Below, piece after piece: positions 48,268 to 56,014 of a stretch of DNA of 64,000 nt. Below the pieces are notes generated by a model, which was given only the letters and a program-made list of their open reading frames with translations, ran no database searches and was not told the origin of the DNA. This DNA is from Candidatus Moraniibacteriota bacterium (GTDB taxonomy: Bacteria; Patescibacteriota; Minisyncoccia; Moranbacterales; UBA2206): NCBI GenBank assembly GCA_030679995.1, contig JAUXSK010000015.1, forward strand, positions 3,607 to 67,606, written 5' to 3'. Position numbers and translations under genes: made by a program. Within the stretch, counting starts at the first letter, position 1. Each line of letters begins with the position of its first letter.

Positions 48268-49068
48268 ATGGAATATCAGGATTTTATCGTAGAGGTTTTG
48301 GAGGAAGCTTCCGGAATAGCCAGGGATAATTTCGGGAAGGTGTCCGGGGTCGCGAAGGCGGGAGATAATAATCAGGTCCTCACGGAGACTGATTTGGAAA
48401 TAGGCCAAATGATAGTGGGAAAAATACAAAAATATTTTCCGACGCACAATATCATTGATGAAGAAGCTGGAGTTATCGATAAAAAATCGAATCTGACTTG
48501 GGTTGTTGATCCGATCGACGGCACGAGCAATTTCGCCAACGGAATCCCTTTGTACGGGATAATGATCGGTCTTTTGGAAAATGACGCGCCTATCGCGGGC
48601 GGCATCGCCTTGCCAAGCTATGCAGAGATCTATGTCGCTGAAAAAGGCCAAGGCGCGTATTGCAATGGAAAAAAGATCGCGGTCAGCCAGGAGGTTGATT
48701 TGAAGAAAGTTCTGGTGGCGTATGGCATTGATGGGCATCAGGAGAATCCGGAATCGACGAGGGGTGAATGCGGCCTATTAGCGGAAATAGTTTTGAATAT
48801 CCGCAATCTCAGGATAAGTAACAGCGTTTTTGATGCGGCGATGGTCGCCCGGGGGAAATACGGGGCTTGGCTGAATCGAACCAGCAAGATTTGGGACAAC
48901 GTGGCCCAGCAAATTATCATTGAGGAGGCGGGCGGAATTTATACCGATTTTTTTGGAAGCCCGGTCGATTATGCAAATCACATAAACAGAGCTGAAGATA
49001 ATTTTACTTTTCTGGCGGCTCCTCCGGAGCTGCATAAAAAATTAGTCCAAATAATCAAAACCAAGTAA
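48268..49068 (+). CDS. inositol monophosphatase family protein (SuhB-like)
   Basis: TETD, DEE, WVVDPIDGTSNF and WD...EAGG motifs; start is either 48241 or 48268. Confidence 0.88.
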   Translation: MEYQDFIVEVLEEASGIARDNFGKVSGVAKAGDNNQVLTETDLEIGQMIVGKIQKYFPTHNIIDEEAGVIDKKSNLTWVVDPIDGTSNFANGIPLYGIMIGLLENDAPIAGGIALPSYAEIYVAEKGQGAYCNGKKIAVSQEVDLKKVLVAYGIDGHQENPESTRGECGLLAEIVLNIRNLRISNSVFDAAMVARGKYGAWLNRTSKIWDNVAQQIIIEEAGGIYTDFFGSPVDYANHINRAEDNFTFLAAPPELHKKLVQIIKTK

Positions 49069-49093
49069 GGAATCTTTAAATCAGTATAAAATT

Positions 49094-49477
49094 ATGAAAA
49101 CTATTTTAGTCGATGCCGTGGGCGGTATCGTGGATGGCGAGGGGAATGTTTTTAGGGAAATGCATGGGATGTTGGAAAGATTCGTAAATAGAAAAATCAT
49201 TTTGACGAATGCTGACTACGAAGCCGCAAATCAATATAAATTGAATGACGCTCCATACGAAGTTTTCACTTTGAGACATGAGCCTGAAAAGACTGATCCG
49301 GAATATTTCAAAAAAATGCTTGTGCATTTCGGTTTTGAAAAAGACGATGTTGTCTATTTTGAGCATAGCGAGGAGGCGGCAAGAAGCGCCGGGTCTATCG
49401 GCATCAAAACTTATCATTATGATGAAAACAAAAAAGACCTTGTCGCGCTCAAAAAGTTTTTAATGGAGAATCTATGA
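49094..49477 (+). CDS. small capless HAD-like hydrolase (degenerate motifs)
   Basis: ILVDAVG, ILTNA, PEKTDPEYF and YFEHS..A...GI. Confidence 0.65.
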   Translation: MKTILVDAVGGIVDGEGNVFREMHGMLERFVNRKIILTNADYEAANQYKLNDAPYEVFTLRHEPEKTDPEYFKKMLVHFGFEKDDVVYFEHSEEAARSAGSIGIKTYHYDENKKDLVALKKFLMENL

Positions 49478-49621
49478 AAAATGCCGATATGCCAGCAGAA
49501 AAACTGAAAATAAAATTCACCGTCGGAAAAACCGGACGCAAATGGGAGGCTTGTTTATTTGGAGGATAGCCTTATAATAAAAATACGATAGTCCGGAATA
49601 AATCTTTAAGTATAAATCCAA

Positions 49622-50122
49622 ATGGATCTCGGGAAATTGTTAGTGGGCCTTGGCGTGTCGCCCCAATTGACGCAGGACATTTCTTTGTTCATCGTGGTCG
49701 CTATCCTGAGTTTCGTCTTCGGTATGTTCATCGGGCGCTACAAGCTGATCACGATCCTTATCAATATTTATGTAGCCTATGCGGTCACGATGAGCGTGCC
49801 GGCCAAATATTTTTCGGATTATGTTTATGAACTGGTTTTCTTTTTGGCGGCCATCGTAGTCCTGACTTTGATCAGTAAACAACTGTTTGAAATATATATT
49901 TCCGGATCTGGTTCCGGTTTTTTGTGGCGCGTGTTCGTAATGAGTTTTTTGGAGGTGGTTTTTTTGCTCAGTCTTGTTTTGTGGATGGTTCCCAAAGGCG
50001 TGGCGTTGGAATATGTCTCTCCGATGGCATATGAATATCTGGCCACGGAAAACGCCCATTTGGCATGGATGATAATCCCGATGGCTTTTATGTTTTTCAT
50101 CCATAAACGGCTGAACCGGTAG
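49622..50122 (+). CDS. hypothetical membrane protein
   Basis: About 5 hydrophobic helices. Confidence 0.7.
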   Translation: MDLGKLLVGLGVSPQLTQDISLFIVVAILSFVFGMFIGRYKLITILINIYVAYAVTMSVPAKYFSDYVYELVFFLAAIVVLTLISKQLFEIYISGSGSGFLWRVFVMSFLEVVFLLSLVLWMVPKGVALEYVSPMAYEYLATENAHLAWMIIPMAFMFFIHKRLNR

Positions 50123-50139
50123 CTATGGCAGGGAAAGCA

Positions 50140-50167
50140 TTGACGGGTTTGGAAATGATGCTATAAT
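50140..50167 (+). promoter_or_regulatory. sigma70 promoter for tRNA-Lys
   Basis: TTGACG-16 nt-TATAAT with TGn extension. Confidence 0.6.
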
Positions 50168-50226
50168 AGCGGAAGGTTATTTGAATGATAATCCTGGTTA
50201 TTTTTTGACAAAAATTAGAATATGAT

Positions 50227-50299
50227 GCGCCCATAGCTCAGTCGGTAGAGCAGTTGCCTTTTAAGCAAACGGTCCCAAGTTCGAGTCTTGGTGGGCGCA
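50227..50299 (+). tRNA. tRNA-Lys (anticodon TTT), CCA not encoded
   Basis: Acceptor stem GCGCCCA/TGGGCGC, D arm AGCTCAGTCGGTAGAGC, anticodon loop CTTTTAA, T loop GTTCGAGTC. Confidence 0.95.
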
Positions 50300-50342
50300 C
50301 ACAGCATAAATCCCGCAAGGGATTTTTAAATTGGGAATAATC

Positions 50343-50405
50343 GCGCCCATAGCTCAGTCGATAGGTTTGCCAGCTGGCGGACTTTTAAACAAGCGGTCCT
50401 AATTG
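50343..50405 (+). pseudogene. degenerate tRNA-Lys copy containing a palindrome
   Basis: GCGCCCATAGCTCAGTCG is identical to the tRNA 5' end; then TTTGCCAGCTGGCGGA, then CTTTTAAACAAGCGGTCC; T arm is broken. Confidence 0.75.
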
Positions 50406-50465
50406 AAGATGCACCGAGAAAATCCTCGGGTGGGATTTTTTGTATTTTATGCTATAATCAACCTA

Positions 50466-51521
50466 ATGAATAAATATCTGACATTTGCGCTATTGTCGTT
50501 CGTGGCCGTATTCTTGTCTGGCTGTTCTTTGGCTCCGGCCAAACCGGTCGTCGAAGAAGCGCAACCTGTCGCCATAAAAAGCAGCAGCGTTCTGAAATCG
50601 GTTGACGGAGGGCGAAGCTGGGAATTCAAAGGCAAGGTCGGCGACGTAGTGAATTTGGACGCGGTGGATGTCATCAGTATGGCGTCCAATCCGTATGATG
50701 CCAGGACTATCCTGGTTGGGACGCTCAAGAATGGAATTTTGAAGACTGATGACGCTGGAGAGAATTGGAGTCTGCTTCCGTTTGAGGCTGAGAAAGCTTA
50801 CGGTTTGGCGATCGATCCGGCGGATAGCCGCATAATATACGCGAGCGGAGTCTGGCAGGATCGGGGCAAGATATTCAAAAGCATCGACGGGGGCAATGAA
50901 TGGAATGAAATCTATACCGCCCCTTCCAACGGACCTTTGGTCATCTCTTTGGTTTTGGACAAAAAAAATCCCAGCGTCCTATATGCCACTACGAGTGACA
51001 ACCAGGTGGTCAAGAGTGTGGACGCCGGAGTTTCTTGGAAGAACATTTACACATCCGGCAGTCCGGTTTTGAAAATCGCAATCGATAGTGCGAATAGCGA
51101 TTTATTGTATCTCAATTTGTTAAGCGGCAGCATCCTGCGGAGTCGGGACGGCGGTAATTCCATCGAAGGGATAGAAAATGATGCCGTCAATCATGGTATC
51201 GGGGTGATTGAAGTCGATCCGCTGAATGCCAATTGGGTTTATGCGGCCGGCCAGGCGGGGATATTCAGGAGCAAGGATGCCGGAGCCAGTTGGGAAACGG
51301 TCAAACCGCTGGGTGACGCGAACGCTTTTCCGGTGAAGGCGCTGGCTATCAATCCGGCCAACCCGAGAGAGATCGCATACGGGGCGGCACAAGCGACCTA
51401 CAAATCGCTGGACGGCGGAGTGAACTGGATCCCTTTTCAATTGCAAACTGCAAAAAATATAAGTGTTATGGAATATTCGACCGAGCCAGCTGTTTTATAT
51501 CTAGGCTTAAGGAAAAAATAG
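50466..51521 (+). CDS. lipoprotein with BNR/Asp-box repeats (YCF48/sortilin-like beta-propeller)
   Basis: Lipobox LSGC and multiple S-x-D-x-G-x-x-W repeats; TGCTATAAT lies 7 nt before ATG 50466. Confidence 0.85.
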   Translation: MNKYLTFALLSFVAVFLSGCSLAPAKPVVEEAQPVAIKSSSVLKSVDGGRSWEFKGKVGDVVNLDAVDVISMASNPYDARTILVGTLKNGILKTDDAGENWSLLPFEAEKAYGLAIDPADSRIIYASGVWQDRGKIFKSIDGGNEWNEIYTAPSNGPLVISLVLDKKNPSVLYATTSDNQVVKSVDAGVSWKNIYTSGSPVLKIAIDSANSDLLYLNLLSGSILRSRDGGNSIEGIENDAVNHGIGVIEVDPLNANWVYAAGQAGIFRSKDAGASWETVKPLGDANAFPVKALAINPANPREIAYGAAQATYKSLDGGVNWIPFQLQTAKNISVMEYSTEPAVLYLGLRKK

Positions 51522-51552
51522 CCAAATAATAATTTTTTATATAACTATCGAT

Positions 51553-52110
51553 ATGTACAAAGAAATAATCGAAAAGAAGAAACCGGAATTAGAAAAATCC
51601 ATCGAACATTTCAAGGAGGAACTTGGCCAATTGCGGACCGGCCGGGCTTCAGTGGCGATGGTAGATGGGTTGATGGTAGACTACTACGGTGCGAAATCAC
51701 CCTTGAAGCAGGTGGCCAGTATTTCGGTCCCGGAACCGAGGACGATCATGATCGCCCCTTGGGACAAAGGCAGTCTGGCGGGTATCGAAAAATCCATCCG
51801 CGAATCGCAATTGAACCTGAATCCGAACAATGATGGGCAGGTCATCAGAATCAATATCCCAGCCTTAACTGAAGAAAGGAGAAAGGATCTGGTGAAAGTC
51901 TTAAATCAAAAGGCGGAGGAAGCCCGGATTGCCATCCGCAAACAGCGGGAGGATGCCTGGGACGAGATTCAGAAGGCGGAGAAGGAAGGATTAATGGGAG
52001 AGGATGACAAGTTCGTCGGCAAGGAAAAATTGCAGGAACTGATCGATGAATATAATAAAAAAGTGGAAGAGATCAGGATTAAGAAAGAAGAAGAAATAAT
52101 GACGGTCTAA
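51553..52110 (+). CDS. frr: ribosome recycling factor
   Basis: LRTGRA, VDYYG and IPALTEERRK motifs. Confidence 0.97.
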   Translation: MYKEIIEKKKPELEKSIEHFKEELGQLRTGRASVAMVDGLMVDYYGAKSPLKQVASISVPEPRTIMIAPWDKGSLAGIEKSIRESQLNLNPNNDGQVIRINIPALTEERRKDLVKVLNQKAEEARIAIRKQREDAWDEIQKAEKEGLMGEDDKFVGKEKLQELIDEYNKKVEEIRIKKEEEIMTV

Positions 52111-52126
52111 TAGGATTAAAAAATAA

Positions 52127-53251
52127 ATGATAACAATAATATTATTCATAGCCATCCTTGGTGTTCTGATTTTCGTACATGAGCTTGGCCATTTCGTGAC
52201 GGCTCGCCGGAACGGTGTCAAGGCGGATGAATTCGGTTTCGGCTTTCCTCCGCGGATGGCCGGTTTCGTGCGGGATGAGGCGACTGGCAAGTTTAAGTTC
52301 GTCTGGGGGAATAAAGATATCGAATCGAAGCACACGGTCTATTCGATCAATTGGATCCCACTGGGCGGTTTCGTGAAAATCAAAGGCGAGGATGGAAGCG
52401 GCGTGGCCGAACCGGACAGTTTCGCGGCTAAAAAAGCCTGGCCGAGAATCAAGATTTTGGCCGCCGGTGTGGTGATGAATTTGGTCTTCGCTTGGTTCGC
52501 TATCTCGCTCAGCTTAATGATCGGAGCGCCGGAAGCGATCGACTATAATGCCGGAACCGATGTGCCTGGATCGAAAATCCAAATCAGCCAGATTATGCCG
52601 GGTTCGCCGGCGGAAAGAGCCGGCTTGAAAATCGGCGACGAAATCGTCAGATCGTCCGATGGCCATGTCATATTCGGCAATATTTCTGATTTTCAAAATT
52701 TCAATAAAGACAATCGCAATAAGGAAGTGGCTTTTAATATCAAGCGGGGAGATGAAACCATTTTGATAAAGGCCGTACCTGAAGAAAAGGACGGGCAAGG
52801 AGTGATTGGAGTCAGTCTAGTGCAGACTGTCGTCGTGAAATATCCGGTGTATCAGGCCGTTTGGAAGGGGGCGATTGCGGTATATGATTTGACGATATTG
52901 ATTCTGGTATCGCTAGGTGTGATTTTGGCGGGTATTTTTACCGGACACGGGGTCGGAGCGGATGTTTCCGGTCCGATTGGAATCGCAATCCTGACCAAGC
53001 AAGTGGCGGCTTTGGGATTCGTCCATATCTTACAATTCGCGGCTATGCTTAGCATAAATCTGGCCATAATTAACGCCTTGCCGATTCCAGCTTTGGATGG
53101 CGGACGGATCCTGTTTATCCTAATCGAAAAGATCAAGGGTAGTCCGATCAGTCAAAAAGCGGAACAGTCGATGCATACGGTCGGCTTCATGTTGCTGATA
53201 CTTTTGATGATCGCGGTGACTTTGCGGGATGTGTTTAAGTTCATAAAATAA
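52127..53251 (+). CDS. rseP: RIP metalloprotease RseP (M50)
   Basis: HELGH, IPLGGFV, PDZ domain and NALPIPALDGG. Confidence 0.94.
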   Translation: MITIILFIAILGVLIFVHELGHFVTARRNGVKADEFGFGFPPRMAGFVRDEATGKFKFVWGNKDIESKHTVYSINWIPLGGFVKIKGEDGSGVAEPDSFAAKKAWPRIKILAAGVVMNLVFAWFAISLSLMIGAPEAIDYNAGTDVPGSKIQISQIMPGSPAERAGLKIGDEIVRSSDGHVIFGNISDFQNFNKDNRNKEVAFNIKRGDETILIKAVPEEKDGQGVIGVSLVQTVVVKYPVYQAVWKGAIAVYDLTILILVSLGVILAGIFTGHGVGADVSGPIGIAILTKQVAALGFVHILQFAAMLSINLAIINALPIPALDGGRILFILIEKIKGSPISQKAEQSMHTVGFMLLILLMIAVTLRDVFKFIK

Positions 53252-53263
53252 TATTTTGACAGG

Positions 53264-53294
53264 AGGCGGTCGGCTGGGGTCGGCCGCTTTTTTT
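53264..53294 (+). terminator. intrinsic terminator after rseP
   Basis: GGCGGTCGGC-TGGG-GTCGGCCGCT followed by a T-tract. Confidence 0.75.
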
Positions 53295-53298
53295 GTTT

Positions 53299-53327
53299 TT
53301 GACAATGGACGCCCAGTGAAGTATGAT
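53299..53327 (+). promoter_or_regulatory. sigma70 promoter for the mreBCD-mrdA operon
   Basis: TTGACA-17 nt-TATGAT. Confidence 0.75.
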
Positions 53328-53446
53328 AGACAGAGGCCTGTCGAAGCTGGAAGTGACAATCCAGCCCAACATCAGACCTGGAAAGAGGGAAAAATCAAAC
53401 TCAACTCAAAAAATTCTTAAATAAGAACGGATTTTGTTTTTACGTT

Positions 53447-54532
53447 ATGGGGAATAAATTTAAAAATATATTCAAGGATCTGACCGGAAAAATATTCGGC
53501 AACCTGTCCAAGGATATTGGCATCGATCTGGGCACGGCGAATACCTTGATATATGTCAAAGGCAAAGGGATAGTCATCAATGAACCGTCGGTGGTGGCGG
53601 TCAATAAGAAAACCGGCCAAGTCTTGGCGATTGGAAAAGAGGCTAAGAAAATGGTCGGGAAGACTCCCGGGCATATCGTGGCGACGCGTCCTTTAGTGGA
53701 TGGGGTCGTGAGTGATTTCGAGGTGACCGAACAGATGCTCAAATATTTCATCGATAAGGTCCATCGCGACAGTTTCACTTTGTTTCCGCGGCCAAGGGTG
53801 GTGATCGGCATACCATCGGATGTGACGGAAGTCGAGAAGCGCGCGGTAATTGACGCGGCTATGAATGCCGGTGCGCGCGAAGCCTATCTGATTGATGAAC
53901 CGATGGCGGCGGCTATCGGCGCCCGCTTGCCGGTGCAGGACGCGGCAGGCAATATGATCGTGGATATCGGGGGCGGGACGACGGACATAGCAGTCATTTC
54001 ATTGGGCGGAGTGGTGACTTCGCGGAACTTACGCATCGCCGGAGATGAAATGAATGAGGATATCATCCGCTATTGCCGGGATGAATTCAATCTTTTAATC
54101 GGGGAAAAAACCGCTGAAGACACTAAAATCGCTATCGGCAGCGCTTGTCCGCAAAAAGACAAAATGCAGATGCCGGTGCGCGGTCGCGACCTGGTGACGG
54201 GTTTGCCCAAAGAAATTATCATAGATGACACTCAGGTGCGTGAGGCTCTTTCCCGTTCGATCCGCATCGTTGTCAATAACATAAAATCGACGATCGAAGA
54301 AACCCCTCCGGAGTTGCTGGCCGATATTATGCAGCGCGGAATAATCTTAGCGGGTGGTGGAAGCTTGATCCGTGGCTTGGACCGCCTAGTGGCTGATCAG
54401 ACCGATATGCCTGTCCGTATGATGGAAGATCCGTTGACGGCGGTGGTGCGCGGCACAGGTATCGTCCTTGAAGACCTGGAGGCCCTGAAAGGCGTGCTGA
54501 TGGAAAACCAGCATGAAAGATCTCTTATATAG
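53447..54532 (+). CDS. mreB: rod shape-determining protein MreB
   Basis: GIDLGTANT, EPSVVA, DIGGGTTD and GGGSLIRG motifs. Confidence 0.97.
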   Translation: MGNKFKNIFKDLTGKIFGNLSKDIGIDLGTANTLIYVKGKGIVINEPSVVAVNKKTGQVLAIGKEAKKMVGKTPGHIVATRPLVDGVVSDFEVTEQMLKYFIDKVHRDSFTLFPRPRVVIGIPSDVTEVEKRAVIDAAMNAGAREAYLIDEPMAAAIGARLPVQDAAGNMIVDIGGGTTDIAVISLGGVVTSRNLRIAGDEMNEDIIRYCRDEFNLLIGEKTAEDTKIAIGSACPQKDKMQMPVRGRDLVTGLPKEIIIDDTQVREALSRSIRIVVNNIKSTIEETPPELLADIMQRGIILAGGGSLIRGLDRLVADQTDMPVRMMEDPLTAVVRGTGIVLEDLEALKGVLMENQHERSLI

Positions 54533-54660
54533 AAAATATAAAATTACAAATTCCAAATAAATTACAATAGTTAAAATAAAAAATTCAAAACAGTTTTTTA
54601 TTTTGAAAATTGAGATTTATAATTTATTCAGTATTCGTGATTTTGAATTTGTGATTTAAA
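54533..54660. repeat. AT-rich heptamer-based imperfect palindromic element, copy C
   Basis: Left arm AAATTACAAATTCCAAATAAATTAC, centre AAATTCAAAAC...TTTTGAAAATT, right arm AATTTATTCAGTATTCGTGATTTTGAATTTGTGATTT. Confidence 0.75.
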
Positions 54661-54666
54661 TTTTTT

Positions 54667-55476
54667 ATGCCAAAAAAATACCTATCTTCCAAATTAATAA
54701 AATTTATAATAGTATCAGCAATATGTTTCTTGCTGGTTTTTTGGAATCCGAAAAGGATATTTGATCCGGTCAGGATTCTTTTTTTAGAAATCGCCTATCC
54801 GTTCCAGAAATCTTTCTATATGCTCGGCCGGAGCGTGGATGAAATTTTTTCTTTTCTAGGTTCGATTGGAGAAATGAAGGGTGACAATGAGAGGTTGATA
54901 CGGGAGAATGATTCTTTGGTTTCCGAAGTGGTATCGCTACAGGAGGCCAAGAAAGAAAATGAGATACTGCGCGAGCAGTTGAAGTTGGCGCCGAGGGATA
55001 AGTTCGATTTGGAGCCGTGTTTCGTCATAGGTCAGGATCCGCAAGGTTTAGGCAGTTGGCTGATGATCGGCAAGGGCAGTTCGGACGGGATCCGGACCGG
55101 TATGCCGGTTATCGTTTCCAATGGGATCTTGGTCGGAAAGGTGGATGAGGTCGGACCTGACAGTTCGAAGGTCAGACTGCTGACCGATTCAGAAAGCGCG
55201 GTAAATGTGAACGATCTTGAAACCAGCGCCCGAGGATTGATCAAGGGGACATACGGACTGGGTCTGATTATGGATATGGTGGCGCAGGCGGACGCTTTGA
55301 ACGAAGGCGATACGGTCATAACTTCCGGTTTGGGCGGAGAAGTTCCGAAGGGTCTCCTGGTCGGTCGGATCCAAGAAATCAAAGCTTCGCCGGACAAGTT
55401 GTTCCAGCAGGCCATCGTGATGCCCAGGATAAGATACCAAAAACTGGATCTCGTTTTTGCCATAAAAAACCAATGA
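54667..55476 (+). CDS. mreC: rod shape-determining protein MreC
   Basis: TM, coiled coil (EN..LR..L), G..DGI..GMPV and TSGLGG..PKG; follows mreB. Confidence 0.93.
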   Translation: MPKKYLSSKLIKFIIVSAICFLLVFWNPKRIFDPVRILFLEIAYPFQKSFYMLGRSVDEIFSFLGSIGEMKGDNERLIRENDSLVSEVVSLQEAKKENEILREQLKLAPRDKFDLEPCFVIGQDPQGLGSWLMIGKGSSDGIRTGMPVIVSNGILVGKVDEVGPDSSKVRLLTDSESAVNVNDLETSARGLIKGTYGLGLIMDMVAQADALNEGDTVITSGLGGEVPKGLLVGRIQEIKASPDKLFQQAIVMPRIRYQKLDLVFAIKNQ

Positions 55477-56012
55477 TGCAAAATATCGCAATCAGCCTGA
55501 TTCTTTTTTTGTCGACTATCGTGCAGGTCTCATTCTTGCCGATTTTTTTTACGGATCAGTCGATTCCTGATTTCACGCTGATAATCATTATTATTTGGAT
55601 AGCGCGGGCTGATTTCAATTCGGTTTTGAAATGGGCGATCCTGGGTGGATTGATGGCGGACATTGCGTCTTTCCAGCCGATCGGCCTGAATGTGTTCGCG
55701 TTCGTCGCGGTGGCTTTCATTATAAATTCGCTTAGTAAGCGGTTCTTGGTGCCGCAGTTCGCTTGGAAATTTTTTATGTTCGTCATCTTGGTTATGGTCG
55801 GAACGATAGCTAATCAGGCGATTACCGGGTTTATTGCGGAAATAGGTGGCCGATCAAACGGATTATTCCGGCACATCCCGATGTTTTTCAGTCAGGATTT
55901 TTTTTTGAAATTGCTGTATAATTTAGGCATATTCGCGATTCTGTATTGGCCGCTCAAAAAACTGGACAAGATTTTCGCTTATCAAAATAACCGGGTAGTA
56001 ATAAAAAGATAA
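55473..56012 (+). CDS. mreD: rod shape-determining protein MreD
   Basis: Hydrophobic protein with PD..L and GGL..D..S..PIG; lies between mreC and mrdA. Confidence 0.85.
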   Translation: MMQNIAISLILFLSTIVQVSFLPIFFTDQSIPDFTLIIIIIWIARADFNSVLKWAILGGLMADIASFQPIGLNVFAFVAVAFIINSLSKRFLVPQFAWKFFMFVILVMVGTIANQAITGFIAEIGGRSNGLFRHIPMFFSQDFFLKLLYNLGIFAILYWPLKKLDKIFAYQNNRVVIKR

Positions 56013-56014
56013 AT

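Noticed and set aside
49474-49569. 31-codon ORF overlapping the HAD gene stop (MKNADMPAEK...)
   Set aside because: It is too short and has no motif; it may be a remnant but cannot be supported.
50227-50441. Prophage or island attachment site at tRNA-Lys
   Set aside because: No integrase or cargo is present, and the duplicated part is the 5' portion directly in tandem.
46767-50465. Upstream starts given in the ORF track at 46767, 48157 and 50403
   Set aside because: The extensions run through terminator or promoter DNA, and downstream ATGs fit the family N-termini and promoter spacing better.
19444-54660. Heptamer repeats as a possible CRISPR array
   Set aside because: There is no repeat-spacer periodicity with unique spacers and no cas gene.
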